In this document: one piece after another, positions 48,800 through 64,000 of the stretch | How positions within the stretch are numbered: the stretch's first letter is position 1 | Layout: every line of letters begins with the position of its first letter | From: the human T2T-CHM13v2.0 reference genome, Homo sapiens | DNA: 64,000 nucleotides | Assembly (NCBI GenBank): GCA_009914755.4 | Contig: CP086569.2 | Coordinates: 21,184,001 to 21,248,000, forward strand | Reading direction: 5' to 3' | The notes under the pieces: model-generated | What the model saw: only the letters and a program-made list of their open reading frames with translations | What the model was told of the DNA's origin: nothing | Database searches by the model: none | Made by a program: the position numbers and the translations under genes

Positions 48800-49750
48800 T
48801 TTCTTCCAATATATATTTAGATGTGGGACTTTTTTTTCCAGTATAAACTCTTTGGTGTTTTCTAAGGTGTATGTTGTGGGCAAAGTTCCCACCACATTTC
48901 TTATATATGTAGCGGTTCACTTCTATAGAAATTCTCTATTGAGTAATATATAGGTGGCAGTTAAAGCTTTTTCTAACTTCTTTACATTTGTAAAATTTCT
49001 CTTCAATATAAATAACATGGTGTTCTCTAAGGCATATATTTTGAATAATAGTTTTTCCAAGATCATTACCTGTTTAGGTTTTTATATAACGCCAGATTCT
49101 AACTTTGAATAATATGTGAGCATTAGTTCTCACATTTGCCTTTCTTTACACTTGCAGAGTTTCTAAATAGTATGAATTATCTTGATTTTAGTAAGCTCTG
49201 AAAACTGGGTTAGAGCTTTCCAGGATTATTCACATGTGTATAGATTTTCTAAACGGCATAGTTTGAATGCCAATTAAAGGCTTTGCTCCATTTTTTATAA
49301 TTGCAGGATATCTCTCCAAAATGGATTCCCAAATGCTGTGTAAGGGTCGAATAGTAGTTAAAGAATTTGCCACATTCTTTACACTTGAATTTTTAGGATA
49401 AATTTTCATTTGAACTGAGATGTAATAATTGACTAAAATTTTTTTCACGTTTATTACATTTATTTGAGTTTTCTTTAACATGAATTTCTTCATTTTTTGC
49501 AAGTCCTGAGAACTGGTTAAAAATTTACCATATTTATTTTATTCAAAATGCTTCTCTTGAATATGAATACCAGATGAACAATAAATTTTGAGAATTGATG
49601 AAAGACTTTCACCATTCTCTTGTATTTGTAATGATTCTTTAGAAAATGAGTAATCTCATGTTTACTAAAATTTTTGACATGGATAAAGTTTTTATTATCT
49701 TCATTACAAAAGGCATATTTTAGAAATTGGTGTTGATATGTTCTCTCACA
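48800..49750 (-). pseudogene. Heavily decayed tandem C2H2 zinc-finger (KZNF-like) array, antisense. This is a processed or ancient ZNF pseudogene remnant.
   Basis: On the + strand, the reverse complement of the zinc-finger consensus recurs with an 84-bp period, A/T-decayed. Examples: 'gaatttgccacattctttacacttgaatttttaggataaattttcatttgaactgagatgtaat', '...gcctttctttacacttgcagagtttctaaatagtatgaattatcttgattttagtaagctctg...' and 'ttcaccattctcttgtatttgtaatgattctttagaaaatgagtaatctcatgtttactaaaat'. These resemble '...cacattcattacatttgtagggtttctctccagtatgaattctctgatgtttagtaag'. Minus-strand ORFs 49230-49502 and 49517-49834 translate to C..C...F...H...H-like degenerate fingers (e.g. 'CNEDNKNFIHVKNFSKHEITHFLKNHYKYKRMVKVFHQFSKFIVHLVF'). 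Confidence 0.5.
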
Positions 49751-49756
49751 TATTTT

Positions 49757-49811
49757 GAGGTCAGGAGTTTGAGACCAGCCTGACAAATACGGTGAAACGG
49801 AGTCTCTGCAC
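49757..49811 (+). mobile_element. Short internal Alu fragment.
   Basis: 'gaggtcaggagtttgagaccagcctgacaaatacggtgaaacggagtctctgcac' matches Alu positions about 70-125. Confidence 0.6.
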
Positions 49812-49835
49812 AGTTCTGTGGAAATAGCTGACACA

Positions 49836-50899
<1,064 letters not shown>

Positions 50900-50900
<1 letters not shown>

Positions 50901-52600
50901 AGAAAAACAAATAAGCAAATAATAAGAATAATAAGGAAAAATGTATACTTTCACTTATCTCCCCATTTTTTAACTCTTTCTATTTATATTTTATTGCAAT
51001 TTCTATGACTCAAAAAGATATTGTAGTGATAATTTTTATAAGTTTACCTTTTTATCTTTTGATTTAAGATGAGTTATTTTCACACAAGAATTAAAATGTT
51101 ATTACTTTCTGTTTTTCTGTGTAGTACTGCTAGTGAGTTTTGTACCTACAGATTATTTTTTATTTCTCATGAACATCCTTTTTTTCAGATTAAAAATTAT
51201 TTTTGGCATTTCTTGTAGAACAAGTTTACTGTTGATGAAACCTTCAACTTTAGTTTGTTTGTAAAAGTATTTTTTTCACCTTCCTATTGGAAAAAATATA
51301 CTATTCTAGAATAAAAGATTTTTTTTTGTTTTGTGTTGTTTGTTTTTCTTCAGCACTTTAAATACATCATGCCTCTCTTTCCTGTCCTGTAAGATTTTCA
51401 CTGAAAAGTCTGCTACCAAACATTGGAGTTTTGTCGTATGTCACTTTTTCTGCTTATGCTTTTAAGATATTTGCTTTATTCTTGACCTTTGGAAGTTTGA
51501 TTATTACATCACTTGAGGTAGTCTTCCTTGGGTTAAATCTGCTTTGTGTTCCATAACTTTTTGTACTTCAATGTTGATTCTTTCTGTAGGTTTAGAGTTA
51601 ATCTGTTTTAACCATTTGAATAAATGTTGTATTCTTAATCACGCTCTCCACTTCTTGTTTAAGGTCAATAATTTTTAGATATTTTCTTTTGTGGTCATTT
51701 TTCAGATCTTGTCAGCATTTTATTTTATTTGTTTGCTTTTTCTGACTGTGTATTTTCAAATAGCCTGTCTTCAAGCTAATTATTTTTTTCTGCTTGTTTA
51801 ATTCTGCTATTGAAAGAAGTGGATACATTCTTTAGTATATTGGACTAACGTATTGTTTAATAACAGCAATAATGTTAGTACAAGTAACACGAAGACATTC
51901 TCCAGTCAGTTACATTTTTACACTCCAAATTTGAGGCTCGACTTTTTCATTATTTAATTTTTTTGGTAAGTGTATTTGATAAGATTTTAGGCTGGGCGCA
52001 GTGGCCCATGCCCTTAATTCCAGAACTTTGGGAGGCTGAGGCAGGTGGATCACCAGGTCAAGAGATCGAGACCGTCCTGGCCAACATGGTGAAACCTTGT
52101 TTCTACTAAAAATACAAAAGTTAGCTGGGCCATGGTGGCTCATGCCTGTAGTCCCAGCCACTCAAGTGGCTGAGGCAGGAGAATCACTGGAAGCCAGGAT
52201 GTGGGAGTTGCAGTGAACTGAAATCACACCACTGCCCTGCAGCCTGGCAACAGAACGAGACTTTGTTTCAAACAAACAAACAAACAGTTTAAATTTCTTC
52301 TGTTTTATCTTGAATTTGAGTTTCTGCAAAACAGCTATTTTGAATTCTCTGTGTGAAAAGAAATATATCTCTGTCTCCCTGGATTTGGCTTCTGGTACCT
52401 TACTTAGTTTACTTAGTGAGATCATGGTTTCCTGAATATTCTTGATGCTTGTGAATATTTGTTGATATCTGGGCATCAAATAGTTAATTATCTTTGTTCT
52501 TTTTACAGATTGGGCTTATTCCTACCTGTTCTTTTTGAGAAAGCTAGGATATCTAACTCAATAGTTTTTATTGCCCTATAGATTCATAGGGATTATCTTT
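50900..52600 (-). mobile_element. Old L1 (L1M-like), ORF1 C-terminus, inter-ORF region and ORF2 N-terminus, antisense. It is interrupted by an Alu.
   Basis: 'ttcttcagcactttaaatacatcatgcctctctttcctgtcctgtaagattttcactgaaaagtctgctaccaaacattggagttttgtcgtatgtcactttttctgcttatgcttttaagatatttgctttattcttgacc' is the reverse complement of the conserved L1 ORF1 C-terminal domain coding region ('...ctttcagcactttgaatatatcat.ccactc.cttctggcctgcaaagtttctgctgaaaaatc.gctgat...'). The adjacent 51000-51340 matches the antisense inter-ORF and ORF2 start. Confidence 0.5.
51990..52286 (+). mobile_element. Alu (AluS-like), sense.
   Basis: 'ggctgggcgcagtggcccatgcccttaattccagaactttgggaggctgaggcaggtggatcaccaggtcaagagatcgagacc...gcctggcaacagaacgagactttgtttcaaacaaacaaacaaacag'. 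Confidence 0.85.
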
Positions 52601-52621
52601 TACTTCTCGCTACTCTATGTC

Positions 52622-52700
52622 AATCACACACACACAAAGTAACACACACACAGAGAAACACACACTCGCATAAATTCACACACAACACACAAAAAACTTT
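52622..52700. repeat. Imperfect (CA)n / (ACACAC)n microsatellite.
   Basis: 'cacacacacacaaagtaacacacacacagagaaacacacactcgcataaattcacacacaacacacaaaaaac'. Confidence 0.8.
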
Positions 52701-53399
52701 GTTGATTGTCAGACCTGGTACAGTCAACATGCTACATGTTATAGACTGTCAGGCATCAGACATCTTATATTGATATTCAATTAATGACACCTCTTTTGAT
52801 GTAATGCGTCATAAAATTCTAGTTTCTAAAGAAATAGAAGCTACATAGTAACAACAGAAATACATTGGAATTACAGGTCACTTTGTTTCCTTTCACAAAG
52901 AGAAGCAGTCTTCCCTGACCATGAAAGGAGGTTTCTTTTCTGGTCAATAAGAGACTTGTGCAAGAGAACCTCATTTTGAATTTTACCAAGTTAACTAGAA
53001 GGAACCAGATTAAGTTTTCACATTTGCAGAAAGTGATCAGAGATGGAAATTTACTTTAATTAATACAACAACTTACATTATACACATCTGATTTGTGGAC
53101 AATGAAAAATATCCAAGTCTCTTTTAATTGATATGCTTTGTCTTTTATTTTTGACATTTTTTTAAAAAAAATCAAATTTCTTTTCTATGAAGTTTCTCAC
53201 CGTCTGAATTTTATTAATGCAGCCCTAAGAATGTTGGATATGTTTTGTTTTCTCTGTATTTCCTAAATTGTTAATTAGATCTGGATATTGGATCAGATTC
53301 AGGTTGATATTATTTCCCAAATACACAGTCGCAATTGTGTACCTTTATAAGAAGAAATATAATGTTTAGTTTTGGTTTTTTAGTAGTCCAAATATTGCC

Positions 53400-53990
53400 T
53401 TATTGACATATTATATCCAAAAACTGAATACTGCATACACTTTTTCAATATACATGAAATATTTAACAAAATCAAACAAATGCTGAACCTTAGAGCAAAT
53501 GTCAATACATTTTAAAGGATAGAATCATGCAGAGTGTATTGTAGAAAATATACTAGAAACCAACAATAGGAAGATATCTAAATATTCCTCAAATATTTAG
53601 AAATTCACTTTTAAATATTTAATAAGTCAAAGGAGAAATCAAATGGAAATGAGAAAATACATCAAACTAAATAATAACACAACATATCAAAACTGATGAA
53701 TAAAACTAATAAAAGTGTTTAGAGGAAACTATATAGCATTAAGTGTACCTACTTAAAAAGATGGAAAATCACCTATTATTCCTGAGCTAAAAAAGAAAAC
53801 AAATAGCAGAATCTAGACAAATATAAGTCAAAAAATAATAAAGAAACAAAAATGAATAAAATACAAAGCAAATGTATAACAAAAAATTAACACAACTTAG
53901 TTTGTTAGGTGAGAACACCCATAAAAATGATAAACCCCTAGCAAGTCTGCAGAGTTAGAAGCAATGCACAAATTTCCTCCACAAGCATAT
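53400..53990 (+). mobile_element. Possible very old L1 ORF2 fragment (sense).
   Basis: There is weak colinear resemblance to the L1 ORF2 'ctaagagggaagtttatagcaatacaatcctacctcaggaaacaagaaaaatctcaaataaacaacctaa...' region: 'tttagaggaaactatatagcattaagtgtacctacttaaaaagatggaaaatcacctattattcctgagctaaaaaagaaaacaaatagcagaatctagacaaa'. Confidence 0.3.
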
Positions 53991-54559
53991 CACAATATAT
54001 CTGAAAGATAGTAAAGAAGAATTATGAAATTTTTGTCCTGTATCATGTTAATGTATGCTAATATTGTATTTAGATAAAAATTGACATGTATTTTTTCTAC
54101 TTTACAGAATAGTTTGCATAAAAGTGATTCTGGAGGTATGTACAAAAGTGTTTTTAATTACAGATTAAATTTTTAAAATACTTATATTACTAATCAGATT
54201 TTCTAAGTGGAACAAAAAGAAACCAGAAACCTGAAGAAATAATCAAAACATGTTTATCATAAGATATTTACCAAAGTAGAAATAAACAGAAAGACAGTTT
54301 CTTCATTTAATATGAGGTAGTTTTATTACACGCTGTTAGTTTTCCAAGGTTGCTATAACAAGGTACTACAAAATGAGTGGCTTCAAACAAAAACAAAATC
54401 TAATCCCTCATACTTCTTGACAATCAAAGTTGGAAATCAAGTTATCAGCAATACACTCCTTTTGAAGCCTCTGAGGAAAAAAAAGAAAAAAACTATTTCA
54501 TACCTCTTTCTTAGCCTTTAGTAACTCATGCATATCATTTTTTTCTGACTTTCAAATAT

Positions 54560-54800
54560 ATTACTTTTATTGCTGCCTCAGATTTCACATGGCATTCTCA
54601 TTGTGTTATTCCATGTCCAATTTTTTCTGTTCTTTTGTTACAGTATATATATTAGTGTTCACCTCAGTCCAATATTATATTACTTTGATTATATCTGCAA
54701 AGATTCTCTTCCAAAATAAGGTCACATTCAGTTACTGGAATTTAGGATTTTGACATCTTTGGGGGGAAAGACAATTAACTCCAAAATAATCTCAAAAGTA
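54560..54800 (-). mobile_element. MaLR LTR (MLT1/MST-like) fragment, antisense.
   Basis: 'atatctgcaaagattctcttccaaaataaggtcacattcagttactggaatttaggattttgacatctttggggggaaagacaattaa' is the reverse complement of the conserved MaLR LTR 5' motif '...ttgtgtcccc.caaattcatatgttgaag.cctaaccc.cag.gtgatggtatttggaga.gggcctttgg'. Confidence 0.4.
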
Positions 54801-55849
54801 AAATATTGAAAAGGTTTCTCTCTAGATCAGAAATGAGGCAAAGGTGTCCATGATTTTGCTACTATTCAATAATTTATTGCATTTACAGTGCAATAAGGCA
54901 AAAAAGTAAATCAGTTGGATAAATATCAAAAAGAAAAAGCAATCAGTGTTAGGTTTTATGTACAATAGTTATGTACATATAAAATACAAAATAATTTATA
55001 AACTATTAGTGAATTAAGTAAAGCCATTAAGAACAGGTTAATATATAAAATAAATTATGTTTCTAAGTGGTTACAACAAAAATCAGAAAAACACATAAGG
55101 TTTAAGAGCCTAAAAAAGTTTTAACAAAAGAAATGTACAACTTTTTCATTAAAAAAATTCTGAAAAAAATTCTAAATGACCTCAGTATAAAATCATATAT
55201 ACTCCCTTCTCAATGACACTCAATATTTTAGAATATCTCTAAATTGATCCAAATAATGATAAAATGTCAAAGTTCCAGAGTATTTTTTTTTGCTCAAATA
55301 CATAAGCTATTTTAAAATTTATAAATTCATAGCTAACAATATCCAAAAATTGGATGACACATCACCGTATATCAAGATTTATTTCTATTTAAACACATAG
55401 TATAGTAATTTATACCATATAATATTGGTGCAAAGACAAAGAAACTAGAAGGAAACATGCATGTTAGAAAGATAGGTACAGAAAAAATATTTTCTGTTAC
55501 TTGCTCTGTAACAGAAAAAGCCACTCTAATACATTTGAAAAACAACTGCCTTTTAAATAAATTATGTTGAATTAATAGCCTATTTACAAAAAGATTTAAA
55601 CCATGATATATTCGCACACTATGAACAAATATCGTATACTTACAAGAATCAAAAAAACAAAGATTCAAAAAGAGAAGATTTTTATGAAATTGGGATTAGT
55701 AAACATTTTCTAAAGAAAGATACAAAAGTAACAATTTTAAGATAAATAATAATTTAAATTATATTAAAATTACAATTTTTTTAGTCAAAGAAACACACAA
55801 ATAAGTTAAGCCAGTGATGTAGTGGATAAAGATATTTCTTATACATGTA

Positions 55850-56880
<1,031 letters not shown>

Positions 56881-57089
56881 ATATTATACCTTAAAATATT
56901 CATAGGTGAGAGTAAATTTTAGGAGCATTAGAACAGAGGTAATATTACTGACAAATTTTGGTGTAAAAATGACTAACAAAATACTAGCAAACTGAATTCA
57001 ATAAAACCTTACAAAGATCATTTATCATGACCAAATGATATCTATCCCAGGGATACAAATATATATATTTTTAATTATCTCTGTGTGGT

Positions 57090-57245
57090 TCCACAAACCT
57101 GTGGTCCCAACTGCTTGAGAGGCTGAGGTAGAAGAATCACTAGAAAACATGAGATCAAAGCTGCAGTGAGGAGTGGTTGCACCACTCCATTCCAGACTGA
57201 GTTGCAGAACAAGACCCTGCCTTCAGAAAACAAACCCAGCAACAA
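57090..57245 (+). mobile_element. Diverged Alu right-arm or FRAM-like monomer fragment.
   Basis: 'ctgtggtcccaactgcttgagaggctgaggtagaagaatcactagaaaacatgagatcaaagctgcagtgaggagtggttgcaccactccattccagactgagttgcagaacaagaccctgccttcagaaaacaaa' is about 75% similar to the Alu right arm. Confidence 0.5.
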
Positions 57246-57249
57246 CAAA

Positions 57250-57795
57250 AACAAAATAAAATGATGAAAAATAAACATGAATTCATAGAAATGGAGAAAA
57301 ATGAAGACAAAGTAAAAGAAGTGAAGTGGGAAAAGAAAACTACATAAAATAAAATAAGGAATAATACAAAATAAAATATAATAATATATATCATTAATAT
57401 AAAATATAGATACATAAATAAAAATAATGTAAAGTATAATGAAATATAAATTAAAATAACATAAAGAATAATAAAATAAAATAAATTAAATGTAAAGATA
57501 AATAACAAAACATCAAGGAATAAAGAGAAAGTTAAATATATCAAAAGAAATAAAATTAAATTAAAATATAAAATGAAAAATAAAAACAAGAGAGACAAAA
57601 AATAAAGGGAAATAAAATATTTTTATTAAAAGTACGAAATGATAAATAAAATGAAATGTGTAGATACAAAATAAAATAAAAAGAAAGTAAATGCAATGAA
57701 ATGAGGAGAAATGGAACAAAATGAAGAGATGTATAAAGAAATACAAAATGACAAACAAAATGAAATAAAACAAAAGAAATATGAGAAAATAGAGA
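57250..57795. repeat. About 550-bp purine-rich (A much greater than G) low-complexity tract on the + strand, with the loose motif (AAATAAAAT / GAAATG)n.
   Basis: Composition is visibly almost devoid of C, for example 'aaataaaatataataatatatatcattaatataaaatatagatacataaataaaaataatgtaaagtataatgaaatataaattaaaataacataaag...'. It generates spurious Phe/Leu/Ile-rich ORFs on the minus strand (57155-57598, 57561-57773, 57626-57880). Confidence 0.8.
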
Positions 57796-57802
57796 AAAAT
57801 AA

Positions 57803-58320
57803 CCCTACCATTTGACTCTGCAATCCAATATACCCACAGAAAAATAAATCATTATAGCAAAAAGACACATGCACACTCATATGTTCATCAAAATAGTATT
57901 CACAATAGCAAAGTCATGAAATCAGCTTTAGATGCCCATCAATGATAAACTGGATAAAGAGAATATACACTATGCACTATGACATCTTACACAGCCATAA
58001 AATTTATAAAATTATGTCCTTTGCAGCAACATGAATTGAGCCGAAATCACAATCCTAAGTAAATTAACACAGGAACAGAAAAATCAAATGTCGCATGGTC
58101 TTAGTTATAAGTGGGAGCTAAACACTGGACTGATATAAATATAAATATGGGAATAATCTGAACTGTAGACTACTAGTCAGGATAATGAGGAAGAATGGAA
58201 TAAGGGGGAAAAATTACCTATCGGGTTCTATGCATAAATCTTTCCTGCAATATACCCAGGTAACAAACTTGCACATAGAACTCCTGTATCTAAAATAAAA
58301 ATTTAAAAATAATTACATAT
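57803..58320 (+). mobile_element. 5'-truncated L1 (L1PA/L1PB-like) 3' end, sense.
   Basis: 'taccatttgactctgcaatccaatatacccacagaaaaataaatcattatagcaaaaagacacatgcacactcatatgttcatcaaaatagtattcacaatagcaaagtcatgaaatcagctttagatgcccatcaatgataaactggataaagagaatatacactatgcactatgacatcttacacagccataaaa...tcttagttataagtgggagctaaacact...acaaacttgcacatagaactcctgtatctaaaataaaaatttaaaaat' is colinear with the L1 ORF2 end and 3'UTR. Confidence 0.8.
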
Positions 58321-58687
58321 TAGTGATGAATAATTTACATTATAGTATTGCTTTAAGAGAAGAATTCTAAAAAACAAAGAAATGAAAGAAAAACATTGAA
58401 AATACACTACCAGTAAAACTGAAAGAAATCGATTAAGAATTTAGGGTAAAATTATGAAATCTAAAGCTAATTATCTTAATTTTCTTTTGTTACCTGAGCA
58501 AAAAGAAAAATCTTTAATGGAAATCTACAATTGCATTTTAATTACCAATCTAGTGTTCAAAAAGTTCTGCAAGAATGTAATGCAACAAAAATCATTAATT
58601 CATCATAAAAATCTTCTATGCTTCAAGATGCAGTTGGTTTATTAAAAGACACTGCTAAAAATAAACAAAAATAAAACAGAGTAATAA

Positions 58688-58975
58688 GGCTGGTCACAGT
58701 GGCTCAGGCCTGTAATCCCAGGACTGTGGGAGACCTAAGTGGGTGTATCACATGAGGTCAGCAGTTGGAGACCAACCTGGCCAACATGCTGAAACCTCCT
58801 CTGTACTAAAAATACACAGATTAACCGGTGTGGTGTTGCGTGCCTGTAATCCCAGCTGCTTGGGAGGCTGAGGCAGGAGAATCACTTCAGCAGGTGTAGC
58901 AGAGGTTGCAGTGAACCGAGATCATACCACTGCAATCCAGCATGGGAGACAGGTGAGACTCTGTCTCAAAAAACA
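58688..58975 (+). mobile_element. Alu, sense.
   Basis: 'ggctggtcacagtggctcaggcctgtaatcccaggactgtgggagacctaagtgggtgtatcacatgaggtcagcagttggagaccaacctggccaacatgctgaaacctcctctgtactaaaaatacacagattaaccggtgtggtg...ctgcaatccagcatgggagacaggtgagactctgtctcaaaaaacag'. Confidence 0.85.
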
Positions 58976-59206
58976 GATAACAACAAAAGAAGTAAGAAGA
59001 AAAATTAGCAGAAATAAAAATAGAAAAAAATACAATAAAGAGAAATATATGAAGAATAAATCAAATAAAGTAAAATAACATAAGAGGAAATGAGAAAAAG
59101 CAAACTGAAGTGAAATGAAAGGAGTGAAAATGTAATGAAGAGATCTGAAGATTCATGAAGAGAAATAAAATAAAAAGAAATAAGATGTAATATAAAAACA
59201 AATGAA
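58976..59206. repeat. Second purine-rich low-complexity tract, immediately 5' of the L1PA insertion.
   Basis: 'ataacaacaaaagaagtaagaagaaaaattagcagaaataaaaatagaaaaaaatacaataaagagaaatatatgaagaataaatcaaataaagtaaaataacataagaggaaatgagaaaaagcaaactgaagtgaaatgaaaggagtgaaaatg...aaaaacaaatgaag' is composed almost entirely of A and G. Confidence 0.75.
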
Positions 59207-60110
59207 GGGGGGGGGCCAAGATGGCCGAATAGGAACAGCTCTCATCTACAGCTCCCAGCGTGAGCGACGCAGAAGATGGGTGATTTCTGCATTTCCATCT
59301 GAGGTACCGGGTTCATCTCACTAGGGAGTGCCAGACAGTGGGTGCAGGCCAGTGGGTGGGCGCACTGGGCGCGAGCCGAAGCAGGGCGAGGCATTGCCTC
59401 ACCTGGGAAGCCCAAGGGGTCAGGGAGTTCCCTTTCTGAGTCAAAGAAAGGGGTGACAGATGCACCTGGAAAATCGGGTCACTCCCACCCGAATATTGCG
59501 CTTTTCCGACGGGCTTAAAAAACGGAGCACCACGAGATATATCCCACCCCTGGCTCAGAGGGTCCTACACCCACGGAGTCTTGCTGATTGCTAGCACAGC
59601 AGTCTGAAAACAAACTGCAAGGCAGCAGCGAGGCTGGGGGAGGGGCGCCCGCCATTGCCCAGGCTTGCTTAGGTAAACAAAGCAGCCGGGAAGCTCCAAC
59701 TGGGTGGAGCCCACCACAGCTCAAGGAGGCCTGCCTGCCTCTGTAGGCTCCACCTCTGGGGGCAGGGCACAGACAAACAAAAAGACAGCAGTAACCTCTG
59801 CAGACTTAAATGTCCCTGTCTGACAGCTTTGAAGACAGCAGTGGTTCTCCTAGCACGCAGCTGGAGATTTGAGAACGGGTGGACTGCCTCCTCAAGTGGG
59901 TCCCTGACCCCTGACCCCCGAGCAGCCTAACTGGGAGGCACCCCCCAGCAGGGGCACACTGACACCTCACACGGCAGGGTATTCCAACAGACCTGCAGCT
60001 GAGGGTGCTGTCTGTTAGAAGGAAAACTAACAAACAGAAAGGACATCCACACTGAAAACCCGTCTGTACATCACCATCATCAAAGACCAAAAGTAGATAA
60101 AACCACAAAG
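59207..60110 (+). promoter_or_regulatory. L1 5'UTR, about 904 bp. It should contain the internal sense Pol II promoter and the antisense promoter characteristic of L1PA 5'UTRs.
   Basis: The position and sequence are colinear with the L1HS 5'UTR ('...cacctggaaaatcgggtcactcccacccgaatattgcgcttttccgacgggcttaaaaaacggagcaccacgagat...'). Promoter function is inferred from the family, not demonstrated here. Confidence 0.6.
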
Positions 60111-60196
60111 ACAGGGAAAAAACAGAACAGAAAAACTGGAAACTCTAAAACGCAGAGCGCCTCTCCTCCTCCAAGAAACGCAGTTCCTCACCAGCA

Positions 60197-61126
60197 ATGG
60201 AACAAAGCTGGATGGAGAATGACTTTGACGAGCTGAGAGAAGAAGGCTACAGACGATCAAATTACTCTGAGCTACGGGAGGACATTCAAACCAAAGGCAA
60301 AGAAGTTGAAAACTTTGAAAAAAATTTAGAAGAATGTGTAACTAGAATAACCAATACAGAGAAGTGTTTAAAGGAGCTGATAGAGCTGAAAACCAAGGCT
60401 CGAGAACTACATGAAGAATGCAGAAGCCTCAGGAGCCGATGCGATCAACTGGAAGAAAGGGTATCAGCAATGGAAGATGAAATGAATGATATGAAGCGAG
60501 AAGGGAAGGTTAGAGAAAAAAGAATAAAAAGAAATGAGCAAAGCCTCCAAGAAATATGGGACTATGTGAAAAGACCAAATCTACGTCTGATTGGTGTACC
60601 TGAAAGTGATGCGGAGAATGGAACCAAGTTGGAAAACACTCTACAGGATATTATCCAGGAGAACTTCCCCAATCTAGCAAAGCAGGCCAACGTTCAGATT
60701 CAGGAAATACAGAGAACGCCACAAAGATACTCCTCGAGAAGAGCAACTCCAAGACACATAATTCTCAGATTCACCAAAGTTGAAATGAAGGAAAAAATGT
60801 TAAGGGCAGCCAGAGAGAAAGGTTGGGTTACCCTCAAAGGGAAGCCCATCAGACTAACAGCGGATCTCTCGGCAGAAACCCTACAAGCCAGAAGAGAGTG
60901 GGGACCAATATTCAACATTCTTAAAGAAAAGAATTTTCAACCCAGAATTTCATATCCAGCCAAACTAAGCTTCATAAGTGAAGGAGAAATAAAATACTTT
61001 ACAGACAAGCAAATGCTGAGAGATTTTGTCACCACCAGGCCTGCCCTAAAAGAGCTCCTGAAGGAAGCGCTAAACATGGAAAGGAACAACCAGTACCAGC
61101 CGCTGCAAAATCATGCCAAAATGTAA
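60197..61126 (+). CDS. L1 ORF1 (ORF1p-like, 309 aa), opening at a non-canonical internal Met. The canonical start codon is lost (ACA at 60111-60113) and a 1-bp deletion lies near 60170.
   Basis: The ORF-track peptide 'MEQSWMENDFDELREEGYRRSNYSELREDIQTKGKEVENFEKNLEEC...ARREWGPIFNILKEKNFQPRISYPAKLSFISEGEIKYFTDKQMLRDFVTTRPALKELLKEALNMERNNQYQPLQNHAKM' is about 97% identical to L1HS ORF1p residues 30-338 as recalled. Upstream, 'aaagacagggaaaaaacagaacag' replaces 'aaagATGGGGaaaaaacagaacag'. 'cctcctccaagaaacgc' replaces 'cctcctccaaaggaacgc'. The new ATG at 60197 corresponds to ACA (Thr30) of the consensus. Confidence 0.7.
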   Translation: MEQSWMENDFDELREEGYRRSNYSELREDIQTKGKEVENFEKNLEECVTRITNTEKCLKELIELKTKARELHEECRSLRSRCDQLEERVSAMEDEMNDMKREGKVREKRIKRNEQSLQEIWDYVKRPNLRLIGVPESDAENGTKLENTLQDIIQENFPNLAKQANVQIQEIQRTPQRYSSRRATPRHIILRFTKVEMKEKMLRAAREKGWVTLKGKPIRLTADLSAETLQARREWGPIFNILKEKNFQPRISYPAKLSFISEGEIKYFTDKQMLRDFVTTRPALKELLKEALNMERNNQYQPLQNHAKM

Positions 61127-61188
61127 AGACCATCAAGACCAGGAAGAAACTGCATCAACTAACGACAAAATCACCAGCTAACAACATA

Positions 61189-64000
<2,812 letters not shown>

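Noticed and set aside
57155-57880. A 147-aa minus-strand ORF (57155-57598) plus neighbours encoding Phe/Leu/Ile-rich 'proteins'.
   Set aside because: It lies entirely within the purine-rich low-complexity tract. The minus strand is therefore T-rich, which gives poly-F/L/I by composition alone.
60110-60200. Whether the L1 ORF1 could still initiate at its canonical position.
   Set aside because: The canonical ATG is ACA, and a 1-bp deletion follows within 60 nt. Only the downstream ATG at 60197 restores the ORF1 frame, so the element is annotated from there.

Overview
This window is primate, almost certainly human, genomic DNA. It is not prokaryotic and contains no operon-like or defence-type system. 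No credible protein-coding gene is present apart from the L1 ORFs.

Bases 1-42266 are one uninterrupted tandem array of a 125-bp monomer, about 338 copies, all in the same orientation. From memory, the monomer (ggtgagtgttacagcacttaaaggtgttatgtccagagtttgttccttcagatgtgtccag.gtttcttccttctggcaggttcatggtcttgctcacttcaagaatgaagctgcagacct) looks like a CpG-decayed fragment of an LTR12/HERV9-type LTR. The unit length and composition fit the Y-chromosome satellite DYZ19 (Yq11.22).

The array is not uniform. It has nested higher-order repeats of 12, 14, 15, 20, 21 and 26 monomers, and kilobase-scale blocks that recur roughly 12.75-16.6 kb apart. The dozens of 60-117 aa ORFs in the supplied track are periodic artefacts of the repeat.

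The array stops abruptly at about 42266. It abuts a repeat-rich flank (42.3-59.2 kb) containing:
- old L1 fragments on both strands
- at least six Alu elements, two with clear target-site duplications
- a MaLR-LTR-like fragment
- (TA/TG/GA)n and (CA)n simple repeats
- two long purine-rich low-complexity tracts
- a heavily decayed C2H2 zinc-finger (KZNF-like) pseudogene on the minus strand (about 48.8-49.75 kb)

The window ends with a young L1PA element on the plus strand (59207 to the window edge), which has:
- a 5'-intact 5'UTR
- an ORF1 whose canonical ATG is lost, but which stays open from a new in-frame Met
- an ORF2 carrying only two nonsense codons across the 2.8 kb visible

Flank coordinates are approximate, about +/-20 bp.
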